DNA of 64,000 nucleotides from contig JAJYSZ010000006.1 of the NCBI GenBank assembly GCA_021793315.1, positions 459-64,458 on the forward strand, written 5' to 3'. Below are positions 46,498-55,145 of the stretch, piece after piece. The notes below the pieces were generated by a model. That model searched no databases and was not told the origin of the DNA. It saw only the letters and a list, made by a program, of their open reading frames with translations. Positions within the stretch are counted from its first letter, which is position 1; every line of letters starts with the position of its first letter. Position numbers and translations under genes: made by a program. The DNA is from Bacillota bacterium. GTDB lineage: Bacteria; Bacillota; Sulfobacillia; JAJZYS01; JAJYTV01.

Positions 46498-47085
46498 GTG
46501 GATCGCTGCGCCTGGGTGCCAGAGGGCGATGCGCTCTATGTCGCGTACCACGACCAGGAGTGGGGCGTTCCCTTATACGACGACGTGCGGCTATTTGAAT
46601 TCCTCTGTCTCGAGGGCGCACAGGCGGGACTGAGATGGAGGACGATTCTGCGCCGTCGGGAACACTACCGCCAGGCGTTCCTGGGGTTTGTCCCCGAAAA
46701 AGTGGCAGCCTTCTCGAAGGAGGATATCGAGCGCCTGCTGCTGGACCCCGGCATCGTCCGCAACCGTCTCAAGGTGGAGGCGGTCGTCGAGAATGCGCGC
46801 CGGGTCCTGGCCATAGAGGAGCGCTCGGGATCGTTCTCTTCCTACCTCTGGTCGCTGGTCGGAGGGGAGCCGCAGGTGAACCACTGGCCCCGCGTGGAGG
46901 ACGTCCCCGCGGAGACCGAGGCCTCGCGGGCCTTGAGCCGAACCCTGCGCCGCGAAGGCCTGCGCTTCGTCGGTCCGACGATCTGCTATGCGTTCATGCA
47001 GGCCACCGGCATGGTCATGGACCATGTCGTCGGCTGCTTCCGCCATGACGAGCTTTCAAGCGTTCCCTACCAGAAAGAGAGGTAG
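46498..47085 (+). CDS. tag: DNA-3-methyladenine glycosylase I
   Basis: RCAW..YHDQEWG, LEGAQAGLRW, IVRNRLK, FVGPTICYAFMQATGMVMDH..C. Confidence 0.96.
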   Translation: MDRCAWVPEGDALYVAYHDQEWGVPLYDDVRLFEFLCLEGAQAGLRWRTILRRREHYRQAFLGFVPEKVAAFSKEDIERLLLDPGIVRNRLKVEAVVENARRVLAIEERSGSFSSYLWSLVGGEPQVNHWPRVEDVPAETEASRALSRTLRREGLRFVGPTICYAFMQATGMVMDHVVGCFRHDELSSVPYQKER

Positions 47086-47090
47086 CCGCC

Positions 47091-47897
47091 TTGCCGGACG
47101 GCACAGGAAACGATCCTTCGGTAGATATCGGTCACTTCAGCGACATCGACGCAAGCCACGACCCGAGTCAGTTCATCGCCTTCCTCGAACATATCGAGCA
47201 GCTCAGCTGGCTCGAGGCGGTCCGGGAGGAGTCCTTTACCCGCCTCGGGCTGTCGGCGGGCCAGCGCATGCTCGAAATCGGCTGCGGTCCGGGTACGGCG
47301 GTGCAGCTCCTGCGCACGCGCGGCATCGAGGCGGTCGGCGTCGACGCGAGCCGCAACATGGTGGAGCACGCCCGGCGCAAGGTACCGGACGCGGAGTTCT
47401 GTCAGGCCGCCGCCGCGGCGCTGCCCTTTGCCGAGGACAGTCAGGACGGATACCGCGCAGAGCGCGTCTACGAGCACCTGCACGACCCGGCGGCGGCTCT
47501 GCGCGAGGCCCTGCGCGTTCTGCGGCCAGGCGGCCGCATCGCCCTCCTCGACCTTGACTACGAGCTCTGGACAATCGACGCGGACGATGTCGAGTTCACG
47601 CGCAGGCTCAAGCTGGCCATGGCGGGCACCGTCGCGAACCCATGGATTGGCCGGCGCTTCTATGGCCTTTTGCACGACGCCGGTTTCCACGACGTCCGGA
47701 TTTCGGTGCTGACGCACGTCCTGACCGAATTCCGGGAGGCCCAGCCGATGCTGGCCGCAGCGACGCGCGCCGGCGTCGGCTCCGGCCTCGCAACAGAGGA
47801 GCAGGCAAGTGCGTGGCTCGCGGAGCAGCGCCAGCGCAGCGACGCAGGCCGCCTCTGCCTTGTGCTGCCGATGTTTCTCGCAAGCGGCGTGGCCTAG
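47091..47897 (+). CDS. Class I SAM-dependent methyltransferase
   Basis: LEIGCGPG, GVDAS, ALPFAEDS, LRPGGRI. Confidence 0.85.
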   Translation: MPDGTGNDPSVDIGHFSDIDASHDPSQFIAFLEHIEQLSWLEAVREESFTRLGLSAGQRMLEIGCGPGTAVQLLRTRGIEAVGVDASRNMVEHARRKVPDAEFCQAAAAALPFAEDSQDGYRAERVYEHLHDPAAALREALRVLRPGGRIALLDLDYELWTIDADDVEFTRRLKLAMAGTVANPWIGRRFYGLLHDAGFHDVRISVLTHVLTEFREAQPMLAAATRAGVGSGLATEEQASAWLAEQRQRSDAGRLCLVLPMFLASGVA

Positions 47898-48421
47898 GGT
47901 CTGGGTGACCCGGGGGTCCCAGGTGCCCCGGCACGCCGCCTGGGCAGGAGCAGGCGCCGCAGGACGTAATCGACGGGCCGTGCCGCCCGCACCAGGAAGT
48001 CCTCGTCGCGGCTGATGGGATCCACGAGGACCAGAGGCATGCCCTGGCGCAGGGCGCCCAGCCCGTCCGTGAGAAAGTGGTCTCCCACGGCGGCCACCTG
48101 ATGGCCGGGAAGCTGCAGCACCGCCAGACCCTTGCGGTAGGCACCGGCGAAGGGCTTCCTGGCCCGCGCGACGACCGGCACGCTCATGATCTGGCCGAGC
48201 CGCTCTGCGCGCGGCCTGCGGGCGTTCGAGACGATGACGGTCGCAAGGCCCAGCCGGCGTGCCTCCCGCAGGAAATCGGTCGTCGCGGCCGGCACCTCTT
48301 CGCTGTGCGCCGCGACGAGCGTGTTGTCGAGATCAAAGATGAGACCCCGCACGCCAAGGGCCACGAGCTCTTGGAGCGGCACCGCGTCGATCGTGGCCAC
48401 CGCCGTCAGGTAGCGCTTCAC
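47894..48421 (-). CDS. HAD IIIA (YqeG-like) phosphatase
   Basis: GLIFDLDNTL, IVSNA, ARKP, VGDHFLTDGLGA; GTGA overlap with the ubiA-type gene. Confidence 0.85.
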   Translation of the reverse strand: MKRYLTAVATIDAVPLQELVALGVRGLIFDLDNTLVAAHSEEVPAATTDFLREARRLGLATVIVSNARRPRAERLGQIMSVPVVARARKPFAGAYRKGLAVLQLPGHQVAAVGDHFLTDGLGALRQGMPLVLVDPISRDEDFLVRAARPVDYVLRRLLLPRRRAGAPGTPGSPRP

Positions 48422-49335
48422 ATGACACCCTGCCGGTTCAGAATCAGCATGACGACGACCGTGATCCCCCAGAGGCCGAGATTGACGAGCGTCGGCCAGT
48501 CGGTGACGAGCAGCTCGTCGGGGTTCTCACGGTCGTTCACCGCAAGCAGGTAGAGGTAGCGGAAGAGGCCATAGATGACGAAGGGGATCGTCAGCATGAA
48601 GGCGTGGGCGTGCAGGGGCTGGTCGAAGGAGTAGATCGCGTAGACGGCGATCATGCTCGAGACGAGCACGCCGAGGAGCTGGTCGAGGAGCGCGGCGGTG
48701 TAGCGCCCGAGCACCTGGCGGTGCTGCTCCGGCGCCAGGGAGGCGCGCAGCTCGCTGCGCCGCTTGCCGAAGGCCAGGAAGAGCGTCAGCAGGAGGACGA
48801 GCGCGAAAAGCCACGGGGAGAACGCGACGCCGATGGCGACGGCGCCCGCGAGGGCCCTAAGCATGAAGCCCGCGGAGATGCCGAAGGCGTCGAGGAAGAG
48901 CTGCGATTTCAAGACGTAGGTGTAGAGGACGTTCACGAGCAGGAACAGCACCGCGACGAGGAGCACCCAGGCTCCGCTCAGGAAGGCGAGCCCGAAGCCG
49001 ACCACCAGCAGCACGGCGAGGAGCGATCCCGCCGCCTGGAGCGAGACCTGGCCGCTTGCCAGGGGACGCGTCCGCTTCTTCGGATGCTGGCGGTCCTCCT
49101 CGCGGTCGCGCCAGTCGTTTGCGATGTAGACGGCGCTTGAGAGAAGGCAGAACGCAAGAAAGGCGTAGATGACCCGGGCCCAGTCCCCGGGGCTCAGGAA
49201 CTCCCCGGCGAAGATGAGCGGCGCGAACACGAGGAGGTTCTTGATCCACTGGCGCGGACGCATCAGGCGCCAGAGTCCCCTTGCCTGCCCGAGCTGGGCG
49301 GGGACTTCGCCGACGCCCGGACGCGGGTTCGCCAT
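48418..49335 (-). CDS. Polyprenyl-phosphate phosphoribosyltransferase (UbiA family, Rv3806c-like)
   Basis: RPRQWIKNLLVF, ND..DREEDRQHP.KRTRPLASG, FLAFGKRRSEL, TIPFVIYG.FRY. Confidence 0.9.
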   Translation of the reverse strand: MANPRPGVGEVPAQLGQARGLWRLMRPRQWIKNLLVFAPLIFAGEFLSPGDWARVIYAFLAFCLLSSAVYIANDWRDREEDRQHPKKRTRPLASGQVSLQAAGSLLAVLLVVGFGLAFLSGAWVLLVAVLFLLVNVLYTYVLKSQLFLDAFGISAGFMLRALAGAVAIGVAFSPWLFALVLLLTLFLAFGKRRSELRASLAPEQHRQVLGRYTAALLDQLLGVLVSSMIAVYAIYSFDQPLHAHAFMLTIPFVIYGLFRYLYLLAVNDRENPDELLVTDWPTLVNLGLWGITVVVMLILNRQGVM

Positions 49336-49349
49336 CGTCGCTCCCTCCT

Positions 49350-50078
49350 CTACACCTGCAGGCGGTTGAAGACGGGTTCCGGCAATAGGCGCAACAGGAG
49401 CATGATCGGCCCCCAGACGGCCGGCACGTGCACCCTGCCCCTCCCTGCCCGCACGGCCCGGATGATGGCCTTCGCCACCTTCTCCGGCGCGGCGCCCGAC
49501 GGGCCGCCCGCCATGCCCCAGGTCATCTGGCTGTCGACGACGCCGAGCTGCACCACCGTCACACGCGGCCCACGGCCCGCCAGCCGGTGGTTGAGCCCCT
49601 GGCCGTAGGTGGTGAGGGCCGCCTTCGCGGCGCCGTAGACGTAGTTCTTCCTGCGTCCGCGCTCCCCGGCCACCGAGGACAGCAGGACGATGAAGCCCTT
49701 GGCGTGCACGGCCGGCAGGAGCCCCTCGATCGCCGCCACGGCGGCGCCGAAGTTCACCCAGGTGGTCTGGCGGATGTCGTCCGGGCCCGCTTCCCCGGCG
49801 GCCGCCGACATCGTGCCGATCGCCCAGACGACGCCCTGGAGCGGCGGTCCGCCTTCGAGTCGCCAGAGCACCTGCGGGTAGTCGGGCAGGTCAGGGTCGA
49901 AAAGGCAGGCCTCGGCGGCGATGCCGTAGCGCAGGCTGAGGTCCTGCGCCACCTTCTCCGCCTCGGGAAGCGAGCGCCCGCAGAGCAGAAGGTCTTGTCC
50001 CTCCCTGGCGTAGCAGGCGGCCAGGGCCCGCGCGACGGTCGAGGTGGCGCCGAGGATGGCGATGCGGCCGGGAGCCAT
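49350..50078 (-). CDS. Short-chain dehydrogenase, DprE2-like
   Basis: ILGATS.VA, SSVAGERGRRKNYVYGAAKA, G.V...MT. Confidence 0.85.
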   Translation of the reverse strand: MAPGRIAILGATSTVARALAACYAREGQDLLLCGRSLPEAEKVAQDLSLRYGIAAEACLFDPDLPDYPQVLWRLEGGPPLQGVVWAIGTMSAAAGEAGPDDIRQTTWVNFGAAVAAIEGLLPAVHAKGFIVLLSSVAGERGRRKNYVYGAAKAALTTYGQGLNHRLAGRGPRVTVVQLGVVDSQMTWGMAGGPSGAAPEKVAKAIIRAVRAGRGRVHVPAVWGPIMLLLRLLPEPVFNRLQV

Positions 50079-51431
50079 CTAGCGCACCTCCCCGAGTCCG
50101 ATGCGTTCGGAGAGCAGCGAGCGGAACATGCCCCTCGGATCCACCTTGGCCTTGACGGCCATGAAAGCCTCCCAGTTCGGATACATGCGGCGGAACATCT
50201 CCCGGGTCAGGAAGGCGTCCTTCGCGAGATAGACCCGCCCGCCGTAGTCCGCCGTCATCGCGTAGAGATCGCGGAAGAGGCGCAGGGTCCCCTCACCCTG
50301 CACCGGCAGGTCCAGAGCGAGGGTGAGCCCCTCGCGGGGGAAGGAGAGCAGGCCGGGCGACGGAGGGCCCATCCGCTTGAGGACACCGAGGAAGTTCGCA
50401 TGATGTGCCGCGTGGATGCGGCGCAGCAAGGCCCGGATCTCGCCAAGGCCGATCTCCGGCGGATAGACTCCCTGGTACTGGGCGAAGCCGCGGCGCCCGT
50501 AAAGCCGGAACCATTCATCGGCCACGTCGAGCGGGTAGAAGAACTTCCACCACGGCTCGCGCACGTTCTCGCGCGGCTTGTGCATGCCGTAGTAGACGGC
50601 GTTGAACGCCCTCCCCACCGGCAGGCTGAGGCTGCCCGGCGGAAAGTCGAAGGGCACGCGCACGGCGCCGCGCGGCATCGGGTAACGGGCTTCGCCGGCC
50701 CCGAGTTCGCGGGACGCGGTCACCCGGCCCCCCATCAGTACGGCGCGGCCAAGGCCCTGGCCCTCTTTCAGGCCGTCGATCCAGGCGACGGTGTAGGGAT
50801 AGCGCCGGTCGTGGCCGGAGAACCACTCGAGCGTTTCCTCGAGGCCGCCGCTGCGGACGTAGTCGACGCTCAGATAGCCGGTCTCGGCCGGCGCAAGCTG
50901 GATCGTCACCTCGACGATGACACCGGTGAGCCCCATGCCGCCGACGGTGGCCCAGAAGATCTCGCTCTGGTGTTCGGGCGAGATGCGGCGCAGCTGCCCC
51001 TCGGCGGTCAGCAGCACGAGCTCCTTGACGTGCTGGCCGAAGGTGCCGGCGGCGTGGTGGTTCTTGCCGTGCACGTCCGAGGCCACGGCTCCGCCGAGGG
51101 TCACCCACTGCGTGCCGGGCGTCACGGGCAGGGTCCAGCCGCGCGGCAGGAAGGTGCGCACGATGTCCCCGAGCGAGACCCCGGCCTCGGCGGTGAGCAC
51201 CCCCTCGGGAGTCAGCGAAAGCATCCGCGTCAGGCGGGTCGTCTGCCACACCCGCCCTTCCGACAGGGCCGCGTCGCCGTACGCCCTGCCAAGGCCCCGC
51301 GCTATGCCGAAGCCCTCAAGCGCCTCGCTGAGGCGGCTCTGCTGCTCGGGTCGCAGAACCTCCGCCCGCCTGCGCATGGCATGTCCCCAACCCGCGATCT
51401 CGAGCGTTCGCCCGGCCTCATGCACCGCCAA
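50079..51431 (-). CDS. FAD-dependent oxidoreductase, DprE1-like
   Basis: IARGLGRAYGDAAL, VTPGTQWVTLGGAVASDVHGKNHH, GGMGLTG, SFP..G.TLALD, GGRVYLAKD. Confidence 0.9.
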   Translation of the reverse strand: MAVHEAGRTLEIAGWGHAMRRRAEVLRPEQQSRLSEALEGFGIARGLGRAYGDAALSEGRVWQTTRLTRMLSLTPEGVLTAEAGVSLGDIVRTFLPRGWTLPVTPGTQWVTLGGAVASDVHGKNHHAAGTFGQHVKELVLLTAEGQLRRISPEHQSEIFWATVGGMGLTGVIVEVTIQLAPAETGYLSVDYVRSGGLEETLEWFSGHDRRYPYTVAWIDGLKEGQGLGRAVLMGGRVTASRELGAGEARYPMPRGAVRVPFDFPPGSLSLPVGRAFNAVYYGMHKPRENVREPWWKFFYPLDVADEWFRLYGRRGFAQYQGVYPPEIGLGEIRALLRRIHAAHHANFLGVLKRMGPPSPGLLSFPREGLTLALDLPVQGEGTLRLFRDLYAMTADYGGRVYLAKDAFLTREMFRRMYPNWEAFMAVKAKVDPRGMFRSLLSERIGLGEVR

Positions 51432-51467
51432 GGCTCTGCACCGCTTTCCTTCCCATCCGCAAGGGCG

Positions 51468-53159
51468 TCAGGGTGTCGTCAGATAGAAGAAGTCCCGGGT
51501 GTCCGGCGTCAGGTAGCGATTCGCAGGGCGCTCGATCGCAGGCGTGAGCTTCGTGCCGACTAGGTACCCGCCGCTGCCCTGCGCTACCCATCGGTAGAAG
51601 TTGAACGTGATCCAGTAGGAGTTGATGTCGAGCTGCATGGCCCGCACCGCGCCCGCCGCCACCAGGGTGTGCGCCAGGGTGAAAGCGGAGAGCGGGTCGC
51701 CGGCCGCGTAGATCAGGTCGCCGCCCGGGGTGATGCCGAGGCCCGAGCGCCAGACGTAGGTGGAGTTCCCCACGACCACGCCCCACGCCTGCGGATCGCC
51801 GAGCAGCGGGCTGAGCTGGCCGTGGTCGACGATCAGCGGCAGGTTCTGCCGAAAGGACGCGAGCCCCTTCTGCGGCACCGCGCTACTCCCCCATGCGCCC
51901 AGGGCGACCTTGCCGCCCTGGTAGATGGCGAAGGTCGCCACACCCGCGACCGGCGGGTCGAGCATCTCCCCGTCCATCATGGCGCCGAAATTCGTGCTTG
52001 CGCTCTTGAAGCCAGCGTTGAAGGCGGCCACGACATGGCTCTCGACGGCCGGGTCGGCCGGTAGCGTGCCGCTGCCATGGACGCCGGACGCGCTGACCGG
52101 CTCACTCAAGCCTGTCTGGTAATGCACCTGCACGGCCGACGGGTCGATCCAGACAAGATACGACGTGGCCCATGGCCGCTGCGGGTCTGGATGGAGGAAC
52201 GTCTCCTCCATCGCGGGACGGCCGCCGACGAGCGGCCCGACTGCCTGCCAGACTCCTTCGCCAGGTGCCCTCGGCCAGCCCTGCGGCAACGCGATATCCT
52301 TTGGCAGAGTGGCGCGCTCCACGCTGGCCCCGATGGCCTTGGGGCGCACCACCGCCAGACTTGGTGTGACGGCGCGCTGTCCCGTGGCATGGTAGTAGAT
52401 GCGCTGCACGGTGTCCGCAAGATTGTAGTAGGCGTCTTCCATGGCCGCCACGATGCCGTTGCCGAAATACTGGCGCACGCCCTCGACGACGCGGATGAAC
52501 AGCGAGTTGCCGTTCTGAGCCTGGCTCGCGACGGCCGTCAAGGCCGGTGACGCGCTGCGCGGCCCGACCTGGCTCAACGCGATGACGCCCTGCCGCCAGT
52601 TGCCGTGGACCTGGAACGCCACCCAAAGGCGCGTCCCGCCCGGCGTGAGCCGAATCCGGCTGGCCGGCGCGCTCAGCGCAAACAGCCAGCGCCCGGTGCC
52701 GCCCTTCGTCAACGTCACCGTCTGAAACTGGCCCGCCACGGCGGTGGCGTAATAGGCGAAGCCGCCCGCGACGCCCAGGCCTACGTCGGACGCGCCCCGT
52801 GCCCCCTGGAGCGCCGTCCCGACAGCGGCAGAGGCAAGGCTGCCAGCCTGCCATCTCAGCGCGAGCGGGTAGATGCGAGGCTCGGCACCCTTGACGCTCG
52901 CGTCGATCAGCGCCGACGCTGGCTGCTTGCCTGCGCCCAGCGACACGACGAGGGGACGCCCGCTCGCACGCAGCGGGCGCACGTCCTTGGGAAGGACCCG
53001 CGCAACAGCCAGCGGCAGGTCCGGATCGAGAGTGGCCGCAACAGCCGTGGGCAGGGTCGGCCGAAGGAGCATGGCGCCCAGCACGGCGACAGCAGCCAAA
53101 GAGATGACAAGGCGCAGCGGCCGGATACGGCGCCTGCGCGGTTTGAGATGCCTTGGCAC
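51468..53159 (-). CDS. Membrane-anchored phosphodiester glycosidase-family (NAGPA-like) protein
   Basis: N-terminal basic stretch and TM; C-terminal AAFNAGF, RQN..LI, WRSGLG, RAMQLDIN; start GTG 53159. Confidence 0.7.
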   Translation of the reverse strand: MPRHLKPRRRRIRPLRLVISLAAVAVLGAMLLRPTLPTAVAATLDPDLPLAVARVLPKDVRPLRASGRPLVVSLGAGKQPASALIDASVKGAEPRIYPLALRWQAGSLASAAVGTALQGARGASDVGLGVAGGFAYYATAVAGQFQTVTLTKGGTGRWLFALSAPASRIRLTPGGTRLWVAFQVHGNWRQGVIALSQVGPRSASPALTAVASQAQNGNSLFIRVVEGVRQYFGNGIVAAMEDAYYNLADTVQRIYYHATGQRAVTPSLAVVRPKAIGASVERATLPKDIALPQGWPRAPGEGVWQAVGPLVGGRPAMEETFLHPDPQRPWATSYLVWIDPSAVQVHYQTGLSEPVSASGVHGSGTLPADPAVESHVVAAFNAGFKSASTNFGAMMDGEMLDPPVAGVATFAIYQGGKVALGAWGSSAVPQKGLASFRQNLPLIVDHGQLSPLLGDPQAWGVVVGNSTYVWRSGLGITPGGDLIYAAGDPLSAFTLAHTLVAAGAVRAMQLDINSYWITFNFYRWVAQGSGGYLVGTKLTPAIERPANRYLTPDTRDFFYLTTP

Positions 53160-53339
53160 CCATTTCCCGCCTTTTTGCGTATTGCCGCTAAGACGGCGCG
53201 TTGGTCGACTGCTGCTCATGCTATGTCACTTTTCCTAGGATCACATGAATCTTGATTCGCAGTATACAGTTTGTCCCTGATTATGGAAAGTGTCAGAAAG
53301 TGGAACTATACGCAAGAAGAGACGGGCGGGGCGGAAGCC

Positions 53340-55145
53340 TCAGCTTCCGCCCCTTGCCGCTGCAAGCTCGACCGCTGCAAGTATGATCCCGAGATGCGAG
53401 AAGGCTTGCGGGAAATTCCCACGTGGACTGCCAGACTCCATGTCGCAGTGCTCACCCAATAGGCCTAGGTCAGTCGCGCTCTGCACGAGCCCCTTGAGCA
53501 GCTCCTCGGCGCGCGCCAGCTCCCCCCTCAGGATGTGGACTCTGGCGAGGTGCGACGTGGAGAGCACGAACGGGAATGCGGCAGTACCCAGCATGTCGGA
53601 TCCGTAGCGGTAGACCCAGTGGCCGTGCACCAACTCGCGCTCGATCGCGGCCAGCGTCGCTGAAAAGCGCTCGTCCGTCGCCTCGCAGTAGCCGTAGAGC
53701 GGCAGCATGAGCAGAGCCGCGTCGAGCTTGCCGCCATCGTCGAAGGCTTGCGTATAGTGGCCCGTCTGGCGGTCGAACCCCCGCTGCTCGACGGCCTGGC
53801 GCACGTCCTCCGCTGCCGCCTGCCAGCGCTCCTGGTACGCCCCCTCACCCATGATAGCAGCGAGCTGTGCACCATAGTGCAGCGCGACCCAGCACATCAG
53901 CTTGGAGTGCGTGTACTGGGCATCCTTGCCGCGAAATTCCCACAGGCTCGCGTCGGTCGCCTGCCAGTTCTCCGCGACCCAAGCCACTATCGCCTTGATC
54001 ATCTGCCACCAGGAGGCGAGGCTTTCCTTGTCGTTCGTCGCCTGCACATAGCGATAGACCACCCAGAGGAAGTCGCCCTCGATGTCGAGCTGCAGCTGGC
54101 CTGTCGCGGCGTTGCCCTCGCGGCAGGGCCTGGAGTCCAGGAAGCCGCGCAGCCAGTCGAGGTCTCGCTCGCCGCGGATCAGCGTACCGTCCACATGGAA
54201 GAAGGGGGCCTGGAACGGCTTGCCCTGGAGGTCGACGCACTCCAGCATGAACTCGATGAAGCGCCGTGCGGCCACATGGTCGCCGGCCACGAGCAGGGCC
54301 TCCGCGCTGTAGGCTCCGTCGCGAACCCACGAAAAGCGGTAGTCCCACTGGCGGGTGCCGCCGGGAAGTTCGGGCAGGGACGTGGTCGGGGCGGCGATCA
54401 GGGCCCCTGTCGTGCGGTAGGTGAGCCCCCGCAGCACGAGGAGCGAGCGCTCCACCGCCTCTCGATAGGGGCCCCGGTAGGCACTGCGCAAGCTGTCGCG
54501 CCAGTACTGCACGTTGCGGCGGTAGGTGCGGTGCTCTTCCTCCGAAGCGATATCCCTTTCGGCCTGGAGGGCCTCCTCCGCGACGGCGGTCGCCGTCTCG
54601 GTGAGGTCCCGGCGGCTGTCGCCGACGTAGCGCAGGATGATGTCGTAGCGACCTTTCGGCAGGTGCCAGACCCCTGACAGGGGATCTTCCGCCAGCACCC
54701 CATCCTGGCCATGGCCGCCGATCGTGAAGAGCAGCGCCTCCTCGCCGAGCGGGTTGCGCATCAGCACACCCTTCCCGTCGGCCGAGATGGCCGGGGAGAC
54801 GAGCCCATAACCGAAGCGCGGCCTCAGGTGCACTTCGAACGGCAGATCGCTTCGCACGAGGCGCCGGAGCTCGGAACGGCCGATGGAGAGAAAGTCCGTG
54901 ATCTCAAGCTTTCCGTCTGCACAGGTCAGGGTGGTGCGCAGGATGTTGGTGCCTTCTTCGTAGGCCTGGCTGGCGCTGCACGGCACCTCCGGCACGATCG
55001 CGAACGATCCGGCCTCGTCGCCGCCCAGGATGCGCGTGAAGACGGACGGACTGTCGAAGCGCGGCAGCGGCAGCCAGTCCACCGAACCGGAAGGGTCGAT
55101 CAGGGCTGCCGTGCTGCCGTTCGAGATGAAGCCGTAAAACTTCAC
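53340..55145 (-). CDS. Glycoside hydrolase family 15 (trehalase/glucoamylase-like)
   Basis: SVDWLPLPRFDSPS.F, AAPTTSLPE..GG.RQWDYRF.W.RD, GLLGE..GNFPQAFSH. Confidence 0.92.
   Translation of the reverse strand: MKFYGFISNGSTAALIDPSGSVDWLPLPRFDSPSVFTRILGGDEAGSFAIVPEVPCSASQAYEEGTNILRTTLTCADGKLEITDFLSIGRSELRRLVRSDLPFEVHLRPRFGYGLVSPAISADGKGVLMRNPLGEEALLFTIGGHGQDGVLAEDPLSGVWHLPKGRYDIILRYVGDSRRDLTETATAVAEEALQAERDIASEEEHRTYRRNVQYWRDSLRSAYRGPYREAVERSLLVLRGLTYRTTGALIAAPTTSLPELPGGTRQWDYRFSWVRDGAYSAEALLVAGDHVAARRFIEFMLECVDLQGKPFQAPFFHVDGTLIRGERDLDWLRGFLDSRPCREGNAATGQLQLDIEGDFLWVVYRYVQATNDKESLASWWQMIKAIVAWVAENWQATDASLWEFRGKDAQYTHSKLMCWVALHYGAQLAAIMGEGAYQERWQAAAEDVRQAVEQRGFDRQTGHYTQAFDDGGKLDAALLMLPLYGYCEATDERFSATLAAIERELVHGHWVYRYGSDMLGTAAFPFVLSTSHLARVHILRGELARAEELLKGLVQSATDLGLLGEHCDMESGSPRGNFPQAFSHLGIILAAVELAAARGGS

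Noticed and set aside
37400-46500. Intact self-transmissible ICE or prophage
   Set aside because: No integrase, relaxase, coupling protein, replication or phage structural genes, and no adjacent tRNA in the window
53220-53335. AT-rich region with palindromes TCCTAGGA and GAATC-TT-GATTC upstream of the arabinose-donor operon
   Set aside because: Probably the promoter region, but no clear sigma consensus and the palindromes are short enough to be chance
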